Shown piece by piece: positions 17,108-24,951 of a stretch of 24,951 bases of DNA; within the stretch, counting starts at the first letter, position 1, and every line of letters starts with the position of its first letter. Origin of the DNA: a virus (taxonomy: Duplodnaviria > Heunggongvirae > Uroviricota > Caudoviricetes); the IMG/VR virus record IMGVR_UViG_2897333091_000001, one strand, 5' to 3'. Under the pieces are notes generated by a model, which did not search any database, had not been told where the DNA came from, and was given only the letters and a program-made list of their open reading frames with translations. The translations under genes were made by a program, and so were the position numbers.

Positions 17108-17680
17108 TTACACAGACTGACGTGATGCCAGTTGCGCACTTTTACGCGAAAAAATCATGTTCTGCGCAGGGGTGAATTTTTCACGGCTGTCATCCACCGA
17201 AGCCGCGTCAGGCCTGAATCCGATGGTCGTTAAAATGTCGCTATCCTGTGCGGAATAATTAATTTTTTCCCCCTTCGCAAGCCAGGACAGAAGGGCTTCA
17301 CGCAGGGCATCTGTGGCACGCTGAATGGCACAGTTTCGGGCAATGACCGTCAGCTCACTGTAGCCCATCAGCTCCGGTGCCAGTGCCGCCGCCAGTGCTG
17401 TGCCGTGCTGCTGCATAAAATCATTCAGCCGGTCGCGGATGCTGATGTGCTGAACGGCTTCATGCGAACGAATATAACGACCGGCGGCCTGATTCACCTG
17501 CCATTTTCTGACTTCGATAATATTGCGTAATTCGTCCAGGCGACTGACGTTTCTGCCTTCTCCTGACAGAAGCCGCAGGTATTCCTGTTCGGCCGCTGCC
17601 AGCTCATTTTTGCGTTGCAGCCATGCTGCTTTGTTATTCTGACAGGTGTCAAAGGCCTGCTGTAAGGCTGTGCTTTCCAT
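17108..17680 (-). CDS. psu: P4 Psu-like polarity suppression / capsid decoration protein
   Basis: 190 aa MESTALQQAFDTCQNNKAAWLQRKNELAAAEQEYLRLL.., same length and near-identical to recalled P4 Psu; last gene of the sid-delta-psu operon. Confidence 0.88.
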   Translation of the reverse strand: MESTALQQAFDTCQNNKAAWLQRKNELAAAEQEYLRLLSGEGRNVSRLDELRNIIEVRKWQVNQAAGRYIRSHEAVQHISIRDRLNDFMQQHGTALAAALAPELMGYSELTVIARNCAIQRATDALREALLSWLAKGEKINYSAQDSDILTTIGFRPDAASVDDSREKFTPAQNMIFSRKSAQLASRQSV

Positions 17681-17753
17681 CGTTATCTCTTTCTCATCAT
17701 GCTGAAGAATAAAAATACGGTGTGCGGCGACGGCCGGTGTTAACCGACAGCCC

Positions 17754-18254
17754 TCATTCCAGACGCAGCGAATATGATTGTGTTTTTAACCGTACTGGCG
17801 GCAGTTCCTGTTTTTCATGCAGGCTTTCTGCCAGTTCGTCCGGTGTGACCGGGCGGACAATGAAACGGTTGATGGTCTGAAGCGTTTTAAACACCAGACC
17901 ACAGCCCGGATCCGTGCACACATAAAAACGCTCGGTGACTTCCTGAGACAGACGCCGCGATGTTCTTGACAGTGCAAGGCCTTTACATCTCCGACAACAA
18001 TATCCGGTAACAAGCATTCTTTTCGGGCGTTTCATACTGCCGGAGGCTGACGTCAGTGAATCGCGATATCTCTGTTTGCCTGAAATGTATTCCATTCCTG
18101 AATCTTTACAGTCAGAGAAAAAGCTTTCACTCGCTTCAAATGTCGCAGAGCAATAAATATTCCGGCACTGTGCAATCATTATCTTGGTGCCATCGTCCAT
18201 GAAATGTGCGCGACGGGTGTGAGCAACATGTCCACACGACGGGCAGTAAATCAT
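17754..18254 (-). CDS. delta: P4 Delta-like late transcription activator (two tandem Ogr-type zinc-finger units)
   Basis: 166 aa; MIYCPSCGHVAHTRRAHFMDDGTKIMIAQCRNIYCSATF.. and a second unit ..YCCRRCKGLALSRTSRRLSQEVTERFYVCTDPGCGLVF..; ATGA overlap with the sid stop. Confidence 0.88.
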   Translation of the reverse strand: MIYCPSCGHVAHTRRAHFMDDGTKIMIAQCRNIYCSATFEASESFFSDCKDSGMEYISGKQRYRDSLTSASGSMKRPKRMLVTGYCCRRCKGLALSRTSRRLSQEVTERFYVCTDPGCGLVFKTLQTINRFIVRPVTPDELAESLHEKQELPPVRLKTQSYSLRLE

Positions 18255-18985
18255 GACAGCAGTCCTCTGGCCTTAAGCTCTGCTCCCTGCTGGTCTATTT
18301 TGTCCTGCCACACCTTGCGCTGTGCCGGTGTGCCTGCCACCTCATAATCCATGTGCGGAAGTGTTGCCGCTGACAGTCCGGTCAGCCGGAGAACCGGCTC
18401 GCCGGTGAGGCTGATTTGCATCTGTTTTATTTTCTGTTCCAGCGATGATTTCACCTGCTGCATGACAGCTTTATCGGGTGCGACGTAGCCCTGATGCCCG
18501 GTGGTGTTGGCGAGCGGATTTTCCTGTACCTGGATGCTCAGATGCATTGCCCGGACAAGCGCCTCACAGGTTTCATTCAGGGCGTGTTCCAGCTCATGCT
18601 CTGCATACAGACTCAGCAGGTGATGATGTGCCTTCCGGTAGGCGGTGGCCGTGCTGTCACACGCCCCTTTCAGGCGTTCGCGTTCAAAATTCAGCACCAC
18701 GGCCAGATTGTCATATTCCTGTACCAGCTCCCGGCGTGCCACGCGCTCAATGTGGCGCTGTTTCAGCTCGTCGCTCAGGACACCACCGGCTGCACGAAAG
18801 GCCGTGCGCCAGTCGTCAGCGTCGTTTCCGTCGGCCTGCGCCAGCGCATTTTTTTCCTGCTCTGCCCGTTCAATGGCCGTAACGGTCTCATCCATCAGGC
18901 GGGCGTTCTCAAGATGGGCGGCTCTGGACTTTTCCAGTTGTGCCAGTGCGGGTTGCAGATATTCAGGGATGGTGTTGTCAGACAT
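18251..18985 (-). CDS. sid: P4 Sid-like capsid size determination protein
   Basis: 244 aa from the ATG at 18985 (MSDNTIPEYLQPALAQLEK..), matching the recalled length and N-terminus of P4 Sid; GAGGAG SD. The ORF track starts 18 nt upstream at a GTG (19003), which I consider less likely. Confidence 0.85.
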   Translation of the reverse strand: MSDNTIPEYLQPALAQLEKSRAAHLENARLMDETVTAIERAEQEKNALAQADGNDADDWRTAFRAAGGVLSDELKQRHIERVARRELVQEYDNLAVVLNFERERLKGACDSTATAYRKAHHHLLSLYAEHELEHALNETCEALVRAMHLSIQVQENPLANTTGHQGYVAPDKAVMQQVKSSLEQKIKQMQISLTGEPVLRLTGLSAATLPHMDYEVAGTPAQRKVWQDKIDQQGAELKARGLLS

Positions 18986-19057
18986 TTTCCGGCTCCTCGT
19001 CACTTCAGGTTAAGAAAATTGTGACGTACACCGGACAACAACACGACGCATTGCAGA

Positions 19058-19075
19058 TGTGCCAGCCCTGACACA
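19058..19075 (-). promoter_or_regulatory. Ogr/Delta-responsive late-promoter dyad (TGT-N12-ACA) upstream of sid
   Basis: TGTGCCAGCCCTGACACA lies about 70 bp upstream of the sid start codon, the position and pattern expected for P2/P4 late promoters such as Psid. Confidence 0.6.
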
Positions 19076-19154
19076 GGAGACTCATCCTCAGACCGGCAAG
19101 CCAGGAAAAGGTCGCAGGAAAAACCGGCTTACTGTTTGTTTTTTTATATTTTAC

Positions 19155-19258
19155 TGTTCACCTCTGTTCACCTTAATAAAAAAGATAAGTAATACAGTAA
19201 GTTAAATGGTGAACAATCGCAGTAATGACTGTTCACCGTCTGTTCACCACTGTTCACC
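19155..19258. repeat. Iteron cluster, six copies of TGTTCACC (five direct, one inverted); P4 ori-like
   Basis: TGTTCACC at 19155, 19165, 19230, 19241 and 19251, with GGTGAACA at 19208; this octamer is the alpha-protein binding iteron of P4 ori/crr as I recall. Confidence 0.6.
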
Positions 19259-19537
19259 CGCTCATGGACTTTTTGTGCTGTTTATTACTGTTTGTTTTTA
19301 TTAATTCGCCGGGAATGAATAAGAAAAAACGATTTGTATTTCACTATAAAAATTACGAATTGCTTTAAGTGGCTTTAAATGACTTTAAGTGGAGATGAAC
19401 AAAAAATACACAAGCATTGTAAGGCTGCCGGAACAAATCCCCCCTGTTGCGTCTGCTGAAAATATTCACAAAATAAAGCGCTACCCGAAGCCGGACGGAC
19501 TTATCCGGTGCTGTATGGACATTAACGAGGTAGCCCG

Positions 19538-19804
19538 ATGCAAGCTGTTTTTTCTTCCCCGTCTCCCGCCCCTGTGACGCCACTGATGCCGCTGCCGGAC
19601 ATCACACAGGAGCGTTTTTTACGTCTTCCGGAAGTGATGCACCTGTGCGGCCTGTCACGCTCGACCATCTATGAACTCATCCGTAAGGGGGAATTTCCGC
19701 CGCAGGTGAGTCTTGGCGGTAAAAATGTGGCCTGGCTGCACTCTGAAGTCACCGCATGGATGGCCGGGCGCATTGCCGGACGCAAACGGGGGTACGACGC
19801 ATGA
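19538..19804 (+). CDS. AlpA/Vis-family small DNA-binding regulator (excision/transcription control)
   Basis: 88 aa; core ..[50 protein letters not shown].. is typical of AlpA/Vis HTH proteins; GAGG SD 7 nt upstream; an alternative internal start at 19586 is possible. Confidence 0.75.
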   Translation: MQAVFSSPSPAPVTPLMPLPDITQERFLRLPEVMHLCGLSRSTIYELIRKGEFPPQVSLGGKNVAWLHSEVTAWMAGRIAGRKRGYDA

Positions 19805-20202
19805 TGATGCCTGTTCTGCAAAAACTTCCTTTTTCTGGCTTGCCTTTTTCCGGCATTTGCGGATATAGTTTTTCCGCTGCCGCAAAATCGGCAGCCGGGC
19901 GTGGAAACCCGAGTATGTTATCGGCGACATATGACGCGCCATGCGTCTTTTTTTGTGTCGCAATCAACGCCACAGAGCGCCAGATTATGGTGTGGTGTGT
20001 GGTCAGTCGAGCAAATGGCACTCCGTGCATTCTGCCCGCGTCCGCTCATTATACCGCAGAGTCAATGGTAGCTCAGGCGGGGCAGCCTCCGGGCTGGCCG
20101 GTTTCCGATAACGCCGGTATTTCCACCCCCGTCTGGGCTATCGCCATCGAGCGTGGAAACTCCGGCGATAGCGTCATTTACGCTGTTATCGGAGGTTGCC
20201 TT

Positions 20203-20400
20203 ATGGCTACGACCCTTACCCCCTCACACCCTGAATTTGTCTTTGTGTTTGCGGCTGTCCGTCGCACAGACCGTCATCCCCGTATCTGTATGCTTCGCAC
20301 CGTCGCCGGTGATGAACGCAGCGCCCGCCGTTCCCTTGTCCGTGACTATGTGCTCTCCCTTGCTGCCCGTCTGCCGGTGGTGGAGGTGTCCCGTGCGTAA
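20203..20400 (+). CDS. Hypothetical small protein (65 aa)
   Basis: ATG with GGAGG SD; [65 protein letters not shown]; the longer upstream extension of this frame (from 19756/19801) looks non-protein-like. Confidence 0.35.
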   Translation: MATTLTPSHPEFVFVFAAVRRTDRHPRICMLRTVAGDERSARRSLVRDYVLSLAARLPVVEVSRA

Positions 20401-20680
20401 TAAAAAAGCCCCTCAGACCGTCTCAGCACGTCATGACGCCCGTGAACACCTCAGCATTGAGGCTTACCATAAGCTCAACCGCGCCAGCGCCGTATCCCAG
20501 TTTGTTGGGGGTGATTTGATTCACCGTGAACTCTCCGGCCTGCATCAGCTCTACATTCCGCATATTTTCAGCTACCTGAATGAAGATATTGATTTTGTGC
20601 TGAATGAGCTGAAAGCCAAAGGCCTGTGCCGCGATTTTCTCGCCCAGCAGAAAGACCGGGGAGACAGGACGCATGTTTGA
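20393..20680 (+). CDS. Hypothetical P4-like early-region protein (95 aa, GTG start)
   Basis: GTG preceded by GGAGGTG SD; ..[65 protein letters not shown]..; overlaps neighbouring genes by a few nt at both ends; the N-terminal extension from 20153 was rejected. Confidence 0.45.
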   Translation: MRNKKAPQTVSARHDAREHLSIEAYHKLNRASAVSQFVGGDLIHRELSGLHQLYIPHIFSYLNEDIDFVLNELKAKGLCRDFLAQQKDRGDRTHV

Positions 20681-21128
20681 TTTTCCCCAGCCCGGTGAGA
20701 TTTACCGTTCTGCCGGTTTTCCCGATGTGGCCGTGGTCGGCATTCTGGAAGACGGTATTCCGTGGGAAATGCCGTACCGCTGCCCGGACATTGTCTGGAA
20801 CCCGTACCGCCGTAAATTCAGTATCCTTGTGCGTATCCTCGCTGACGGGCGCACCACAGACATCCCGCTGGGGCGTTTTCTGCGGGAATTTACCTGTGAC
20901 CGTCCTGACCTGTTTAAACGCAGCCCCGTAAACCGGCATGCGGTACTGAAAGAAATGGCCGGAGACCCGGAATTACAGAAATGGCGGGAGAAATATCTGG
21001 ATATTTACCCGCAGGACACTGTTCCGGTCAGCCGGGCGGCACCGGTGGCGCGGGAATGGCGGGAAATTCCCCGCACGGAGCCTGACCCGGAAATCACCCC
21101 GGATAACAGTTACCGCAATTATCTGTAA
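20673..21128 (+). CDS. Hypothetical P4-like early-region protein (151 aa)
   Basis: ATG with GGAGACAGG SD; protein-like composition; size and position match the 151-codon ORF upstream of alpha in P4 as I recall it. Confidence 0.55.
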   Translation: MFDFPQPGEIYRSAGFPDVAVVGILEDGIPWEMPYRCPDIVWNPYRRKFSILVRILADGRTTDIPLGRFLREFTCDRPDLFKRSPVNRHAVLKEMAGDPELQKWREKYLDIYPQDTVPVSRAAPVAREWREIPRTEPDPEITPDNSYRNYL

Positions 21129-21263
21129 TTAAAAAACGACACCCGAAAAATTAAATGTGCGTATTCGCGCAGGGATACGCACGTCTTCAGGAGACGCAGA
21201 TATGCCTTATCAGTTAATGCAACCGGCACGGAATGCAGTCATCTGTCACAGGGAGGAAAACAA

Positions 21264-21584
21264 ATGAAAACACCCTTACCGCCCGTCTTACGCGCTGCCC
21301 TTTACCGTCGCGCTGTCGCCTGTGCCTGGCTGACCGTGTGCGAACGTCAGCACCGCTACCCGCATCTCACCCTTGAGTCACTGGAAGCGGCCATCGCCGC
21401 TGAGCTGGAAGGCTTTTATCTGCGCCAGCACGGTGAGGAAAAAGGGCGTCAGATAGCCTGTGCCCTGCTGGAAGATTTAATGGAATCCGGCCCCCTGAAG
21501 GCCGCGCCGTCGCTGTCCTTTCTCGGGCTGGTTGTGATGGATGAACTCTGTGCCCGTCACATAAAAGCGCCGGTACTGCACTGA
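21264..21584 (+). CDS. Hypothetical P4-like early-region protein (106 aa)
   Basis: Strong GGGAGG SD 4 nt before the ATG; ends 14 bp before the primase start. Confidence 0.6.
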
Positions 21585-21598
21585 AGGAGAACAACACC

Positions 21599-23932
21599 AT
21601 GAAAATGAACGTAACCGCCACCGTCAGCCATGCGCTCGGCCACTGGCCGCGTATTCTCCCGGCGCTGGGGATTCAGGTGCTGAAAAACCGTCATCAGCCC
21701 TGTCCGGTCTGTGGCGGGAGTGACCGCTTCCGTTTTGATGACAGGGAGGGGCGCGGCACCTGGTACTGCAATCAGTGTGGTGCCGGTGACGGCCTGAAAC
21801 TGGTTGAAAAGGTGTTTGGTGTCTCCCCGTCCGACGCGGCCGCAAAGGTGGCTGCCGTGACCGGCAGCCTGCCCCCGGCTGACCCGGCAGTGACGGCTGC
21901 CGCCGGTGCTGAAACAGACGCTGCCCGGAAGAACGCCGCCGCACTGGCACAAACCCTGATGGCGAAAACCCGTCCCGGAACCGGTAACGCCTACCTGACC
22001 CGCAAGGGCTTTCCCGGCCGGGAATGCCGGATGCTGACCGGCACACACAGAGCCGGTGGCGTGAGCTGGCGTGCCGGTGACCTTGTGGTGCCACTGTATG
22101 ACGACAGCGGCGAACTGGTTAACCTTCAGTTAATCAGTGCTGACGGCCGTAAGCGCACCCTGAAAGGCGGACAGGTCAGGGGCACCTGTCACACCCTTGA
22201 AGGACAGAATCAGGCCGGAAAACGTCTGTGGATAGCGGAGGGATACGCGACCGCACTTACCGTGCATCACCTGACCGGTGAAACGGTGATGGTGGCGCTT
22301 TCTTCCGTGAACCTCCTTTCTCTGGCCAGCCTTGCCCGGCAGAAGCATCCGGCCTGTCAGATTGTCCTTGCCGCAGACCGTGACCTCAGCGGTGACGGCC
22401 AGAAAAAAGCCGCCGCAGCCGCAGATGCGTGTGAAGGTGTTGTTGCCCTGCCGCCGGTCTTCGGTGACTGGAATGATGCCTTCACGCAGTACGGCGGGGA
22501 GGCCACCCGTAAGGCCATTTACGATGCCATCCGGCCACCGGCTGAAAGCCCGTTCGACACCATGAGTGAAGCGGAGTTTTCCGCCATGAGTACCAGCGAA
22601 AAGGCCATGCGTATCTATGGGCATTACGGCGAGGCGCTCGCGGTCGATGCCAACGGCCAGCTTCTGTCCCGTTATGAAAATGGTGTCTGGAAGGTGCTGC
22701 CACCACAGGACTTTGCCCGGGATGTGGCCGGGCTGTTTCAGCGTCTGCGCGCGCCGTTCTCCTCCGGGAAGGTGGCCTCCGTGGTGGACACCCTGAAGCT
22801 GATTATTCCGCAGCAGGAAGCCCCCTCCCGCCGCCTGATTGGCTTTCGTAACGGCGTGCTCGACACGCAGAACGGCACGTTCCACCCGCACAGTCCGTCA
22901 CACTGGATGCGCACCCTGTGCGATGTGGATTTCACCCCGCCGGTGGACGGTGAAACGCTGGAGACCCACGCCCCCGCGTTCTGGTGCTGGCTTGACCGTG
23001 CCGCCGGTGGCCGTGCGGAAAAACGCGACGTGATTCTGGCCGCACTGTTTATGGTGCTGGCAAACCGCTACGACTGGCAGCTCTTTCTGGAGGTGACCGG
23101 TCCCGGCGGCAGCGGCAAAAGTATCATGGCCGAAATCGCCACCCTGCTGGCCGGGGAGGATAACGCCACGTCGGCCACCATCGAGACGCTGGAATCCCCG
23201 CGTGAACGTGCCGCGTTAACTGGCTTCTCACTGATACGCCTGCCGGACCAGGAAAAATGGAGCGGCGACGGTGCCGGACTCAAGGCCATCACCGGCGGTG
23301 ATGCGGTGTCCGTTGACCCGAAATACCGGGATGCGTACTCCACGCATATCCCGGCGGTGATTCTGGCCGTGAACAATAACCCGATGCGCTTCACCGACCG
23401 CAGCGGCGGCGTGTCACGCCGGCGGGTGATTATTCACTTCCCGGAACAGATAGCCCCGCAGGAGCGCGACCCGCAGCTTAAGGACAAAATCACCCGCGAG
23501 CTGGCGGTCATCGTGCGTCACCTGATGCAGAAATTCAGCGACCCGATGCTCGCCCGGTCACTGCTTCAGTCCCAGCAGAACTCAGACGAGGCGCTGAACA
23601 TCAAACGGGATGCCGACCCGACGTTTGATTTTATCGGCTATCTGGAAACCCTGCCGCAGACCAGCGGCATGTATATGGGGAACGCCAGTATCATCCCGCG
23701 CAATTACCGTAAATACCTCTATCACGCCTATCTGGCCTACATGGAGGCAAACGGCTACCGGAATGTACTCAGTCTGAAAATGTTCGGGCTGGGGCTGCCG
23801 GTGATGCTGAAGGAATACGGACTGAATTACGAGAAGCGCCATACCAAACAGGGGATACAGACCAACCTGACGCTGAAAGAGGAAAGCTACGGCGACTGGC
23901 TGCCAAAATGTGACGCCCCTGCAACAACCTGA
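21599..23932 (+). CDS. alpha: P4 alpha-type primase/helicase (zinc-binding primase N-terminus, Toprim, C-terminal P-loop NTPase)
   Basis: 777 aa; N-terminal ..HQPCPVCGGSDRFRFDDREGRGTWYCNQCG.. zinc motif; Walker A EVTGPGGSGKS; AAGGAG SD; same length as recalled P4 alpha. Confidence 0.9.
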   Translation: MKMNVTATVSHALGHWPRILPALGIQVLKNRHQPCPVCGGSDRFRFDDREGRGTWYCNQCGAGDGLKLVEKVFGVSPSDAAAKVAAVTGSLPPADPAVTAAAGAETDAARKNAAALAQTLMAKTRPGTGNAYLTRKGFPGRECRMLTGTHRAGGVSWRAGDLVVPLYDDSGELVNLQLISADGRKRTLKGGQVRGTCHTLEGQNQAGKRLWIAEGYATALTVHHLTGETVMVALSSVNLLSLASLARQKHPACQIVLAADRDLSGDGQKKAAAAADACEGVVALPPVFGDWNDAFTQYGGEATRKAIYDAIRPPAESPFDTMSEAEFSAMSTSEKAMRIYGHYGEALAVDANGQLLSRYENGVWKVLPPQDFARDVAGLFQRLRAPFSSGKVASVVDTLKLIIPQQEAPSRRLIGFRNGVLDTQNGTFHPHSPSHWMRTLCDVDFTPPVDGETLETHAPAFWCWLDRAAGGRAEKRDVILAALFMVLANRYDWQLFLEVTGPGGSGKSIMAEIATLLAGEDNATSATIETLESPRERAALTGFSLIRLPDQEKWSGDGAGLKAITGGDAVSVDPKYRDAYSTHIPAVILAVNNNPMRFTDRSGGVSRRRVIIHFPEQIAPQERDPQLKDKITRELAVIVRHLMQKFSDPMLARSLLQSQQNSDEALNIKRDADPTFDFIGYLETLPQTSGMYMGNASIIPRNYRKYLYHAYLAYMEANGYRNVLSLKMFGLGLPVMLKEYGLNYEKRHTKQGIQTNLTLKEESYGDWLPKCDAPATT

Positions 23933-23939
23933 CCCACCT

Positions 23940-23966
23940 GACCGGCATCTGCCGGTCTTTTTTTTA
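23940..23966 (+). terminator. Rho-independent terminator after alpha
   Basis: GACCGGC-atct-GCCGGTC stem-loop followed by a run of nine T. Confidence 0.7.
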
Positions 23967-23992
23967 TCCCGACATCCCCCGAAGGTAAACAA

Positions 23993-24290
23993 TCCAGTGT
24001 TCACCCTTTACCGTATATTCACCCGTTATCATACTGAAATTAAAAGAGAAAAACGAAAGGTGAACAGTGTGAACAATCAAATCAAAAAAAACTTTTTTCT
24101 TCCTGAGTGATTTCAGTACGGGGGATTAATCACCGGTATGAGTCACACCGGCAGAATGCCGGAGGTGAAGAATCGAATGTTCACCCTTCACCCATTATTC
24201 ACCACCTATCATGCTGAAATAAAAGGAGAAAACAGAAAGGTGAACAGTGTGAACAGTTCTTTCGAAAAAAAACTTTTTTCTTATTTTTAA
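23993..24290. repeat. crr-like region: two direct repeats of about 120 bp, each with TGTTCACC-type iterons
   Basis: 23993..24110 and 24171..24290 align along their length (..GTGTTCACCCTT..ATTCACC..ATCATACTGAAAT.AAAAG.GAAAA.CGAAAGGTGAACAGTGTGAACA..AAAAAAACTTTTTTCTT); matches the recalled architecture of the P4 cis replication region. Confidence 0.65.
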
Positions 24291-24392
24291 TTGTGCGAAA
24301 AACAAGCGACGCACGCAGTGTGTATAGATATGTGTATAGTTATATTTTTTGAATATTATAATCTATTATAAATCAATGTGTTAACTTGTAAT

Positions 24393-24430
24393 GTTCATTC
24401 CTATTATCGCACCATTAAAATCAAAGAGTT
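24393..24430 (+). repeat. Degenerate third copy of the thrW 3' end plus flank (probable right att junction of element 2)
   Basis: GTTCATTCCTATTATCGCACCATTAAAATCAAAGAGTT aligns with the tRNA 3' end and its downstream flank at 1421..1460 (GTTCGACTCCTATTATCGGCACCATTTAAATCAATAAGTT) with two small indels and a few substitutions. Confidence 0.55.
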
Positions 24431-24540
24431 ACCCCATATTTAAATACACCACGTTTCCTCCTGTGCCGCATTTGTGCCATTGTAACCTTGGCAATTCATC
24501 AAAATACTGTTCTGACATCAGGCAGTGCAGGTGCAGCTAT

Positions 24541-24951
24541 TTAAACCAATTGCTGCCGCCATTCTTTGACGTAGTCAATCAGGGCGCGGAGCTTTGGTGC
24601 AATATTGCGACGCTGTGGGAAATACAGATAGAAGCCCGGAAATTGTGGAAGAAAGTCATCAAGCAGCGATACAAGCTTACCGCTTTCAATATATGGCCTG
24701 AAAGTTTCCTGAGTGGCAATTGTTATTCCTCCGCCGGCAAGAGCCAGCCTCAACATCAGACGCAGATCATTAGTCGTAATCTGCGGTTCAATCGCAAGGT
24801 CGAAAGTTCTCCCGTTTTCTTCAAATGGCCAGCGATAAGGCGCAACCTCCGGGGACTGACGCCAGCCGATACACTTATGGGTATTTCCCCCGGAGGCGAG
24901 AAAGCGCTCTCCACGCCCGGCCGCAAGGATCAGGACGACGGGGGCAGGCAT
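24541..24951 (-). CDS. LysR-family transcriptional regulator, C-terminal substrate-binding-domain fragment (likely truncated gene)
   Basis: 136-aa ORF; ..DLRLMLRLALAGGGITIATQETFRPYIESGKLVSLLDDFLPQFPGFYLYFPQRRNIAPKLRALIDYV.. is typical of the C-terminal half of LysR-type regulators; no HTH N-terminal domain; the ATG coincides with the window edge. Confidence 0.55.
   Translation of the reverse strand: MPAPVVLILAAGRGERFLASGGNTHKCIGWRQSPEVAPYRWPFEENGRTFDLAIEPQITTNDLRLMLRLALAGGGITIATQETFRPYIESGKLVSLLDDFLPQFPGFYLYFPQRRNIAPKLRALIDYVKEWRQQLV

Larger units (their letters stand above)
12088..24414. mobile_element. Integrated element 2: P4-like satellite prophage carrying a Gabija cargo
   Basis: att copy, P4-type integrase, cos-like site, psu-delta-sid, Ogr/Delta-type late-promoter dyad, TGTTCACC iteron clusters, Vis-like gene, 777-aa alpha-type primase, degenerate att copy; size about 12.3 kb. 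Confidence 0.8.

Noticed and set aside
18478-19024. Plus-strand ORFs of 122-176 aa antisense to sid
   Set aside because: Three overlapping frames opposite a confidently identified P4 sid gene; Arg/Ser/Cys-rich composition typical of antisense reading of GC-rich DNA.
20153-20392. N-terminal extension of the 95-aa gene (175-aa ORF from 20153)
   Set aside because: The Pro/Ser/Cys-rich extension looks non-coding; the GTG at 20393 has a GGAGGTG SD and overlaps the upstream stop in operon fashion.
19756-20400. 214-aa ORF (and its 199-aa MMMPVLQ.. version) overlapping the Vis-like gene
   Set aside because: The N-terminal two thirds has implausible composition and overlaps other frames; only the C-terminal 65 codons from the SD-led ATG at 20203 look coding. 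An orf199 as in P4 cannot be excluded.
21367-23394. Multiple minus-strand ORFs (84-253 aa) within the alpha primase region
   Set aside because: All are antisense to the 777-aa primase ORF, which has clear motifs and an SD; GC-rich antisense artefacts.
24541-24951. MobA-like nucleotidyltransferase suggested by the N-terminal MPAPVVLILAAGRGERF
   Set aside because: The remainder of the protein matches the LysR substrate-binding domain pattern; the N-terminal resemblance is short and probably fortuitous.
1-24951. Insertion sequences or transposase genes
   Set aside because: No ORF with transposase-like features (DDE motifs, terminal inverted repeats with target duplications) was seen; mobility here is explained by the two integrases and pin.

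Overview
The window opens with a complete chromosomal proA and an intact tRNA-Thr (thrW), followed by two integrated elements stacked in tandem at thrW and ending in a truncated LysR-type regulator gene. Element 1 (about 1445-12087, interrupted by a 100-N scaffold gap) carries a P22-type int/xis pair, the right half of a Pin-type invertible tail-fibre segment with pin, and a cargo region holding an AT-rich orphan two-gene module with an XRE/ImmA-type regulator pair, several repeat families and an orphan 456-aa coiled-coil/2-TM protein. It ends at a perfect 46-bp copy of the thrW 3' end. Element 2 (about 12088-24414) is a P4-like satellite prophage: integrase, a Gabija pair (gajA/gajB, gajA split by a second 100-N gap) between int and a cos-like site, then psu-delta-sid, a TGT-N12-ACA late-promoter dyad, TGTTCACC iteron clusters (ori-like and crr-like), a Vis/AlpA-like gene and a 777-aa alpha-type primase, ending at a degenerate third att copy. 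The least explained parts, and the best candidates for something undescribed, are the AT-rich cargo module at 5623-8123 and the orphan membrane protein at 9734-11104. All protein identifications rest on reading the translations and on recalled family features; no database search was run.
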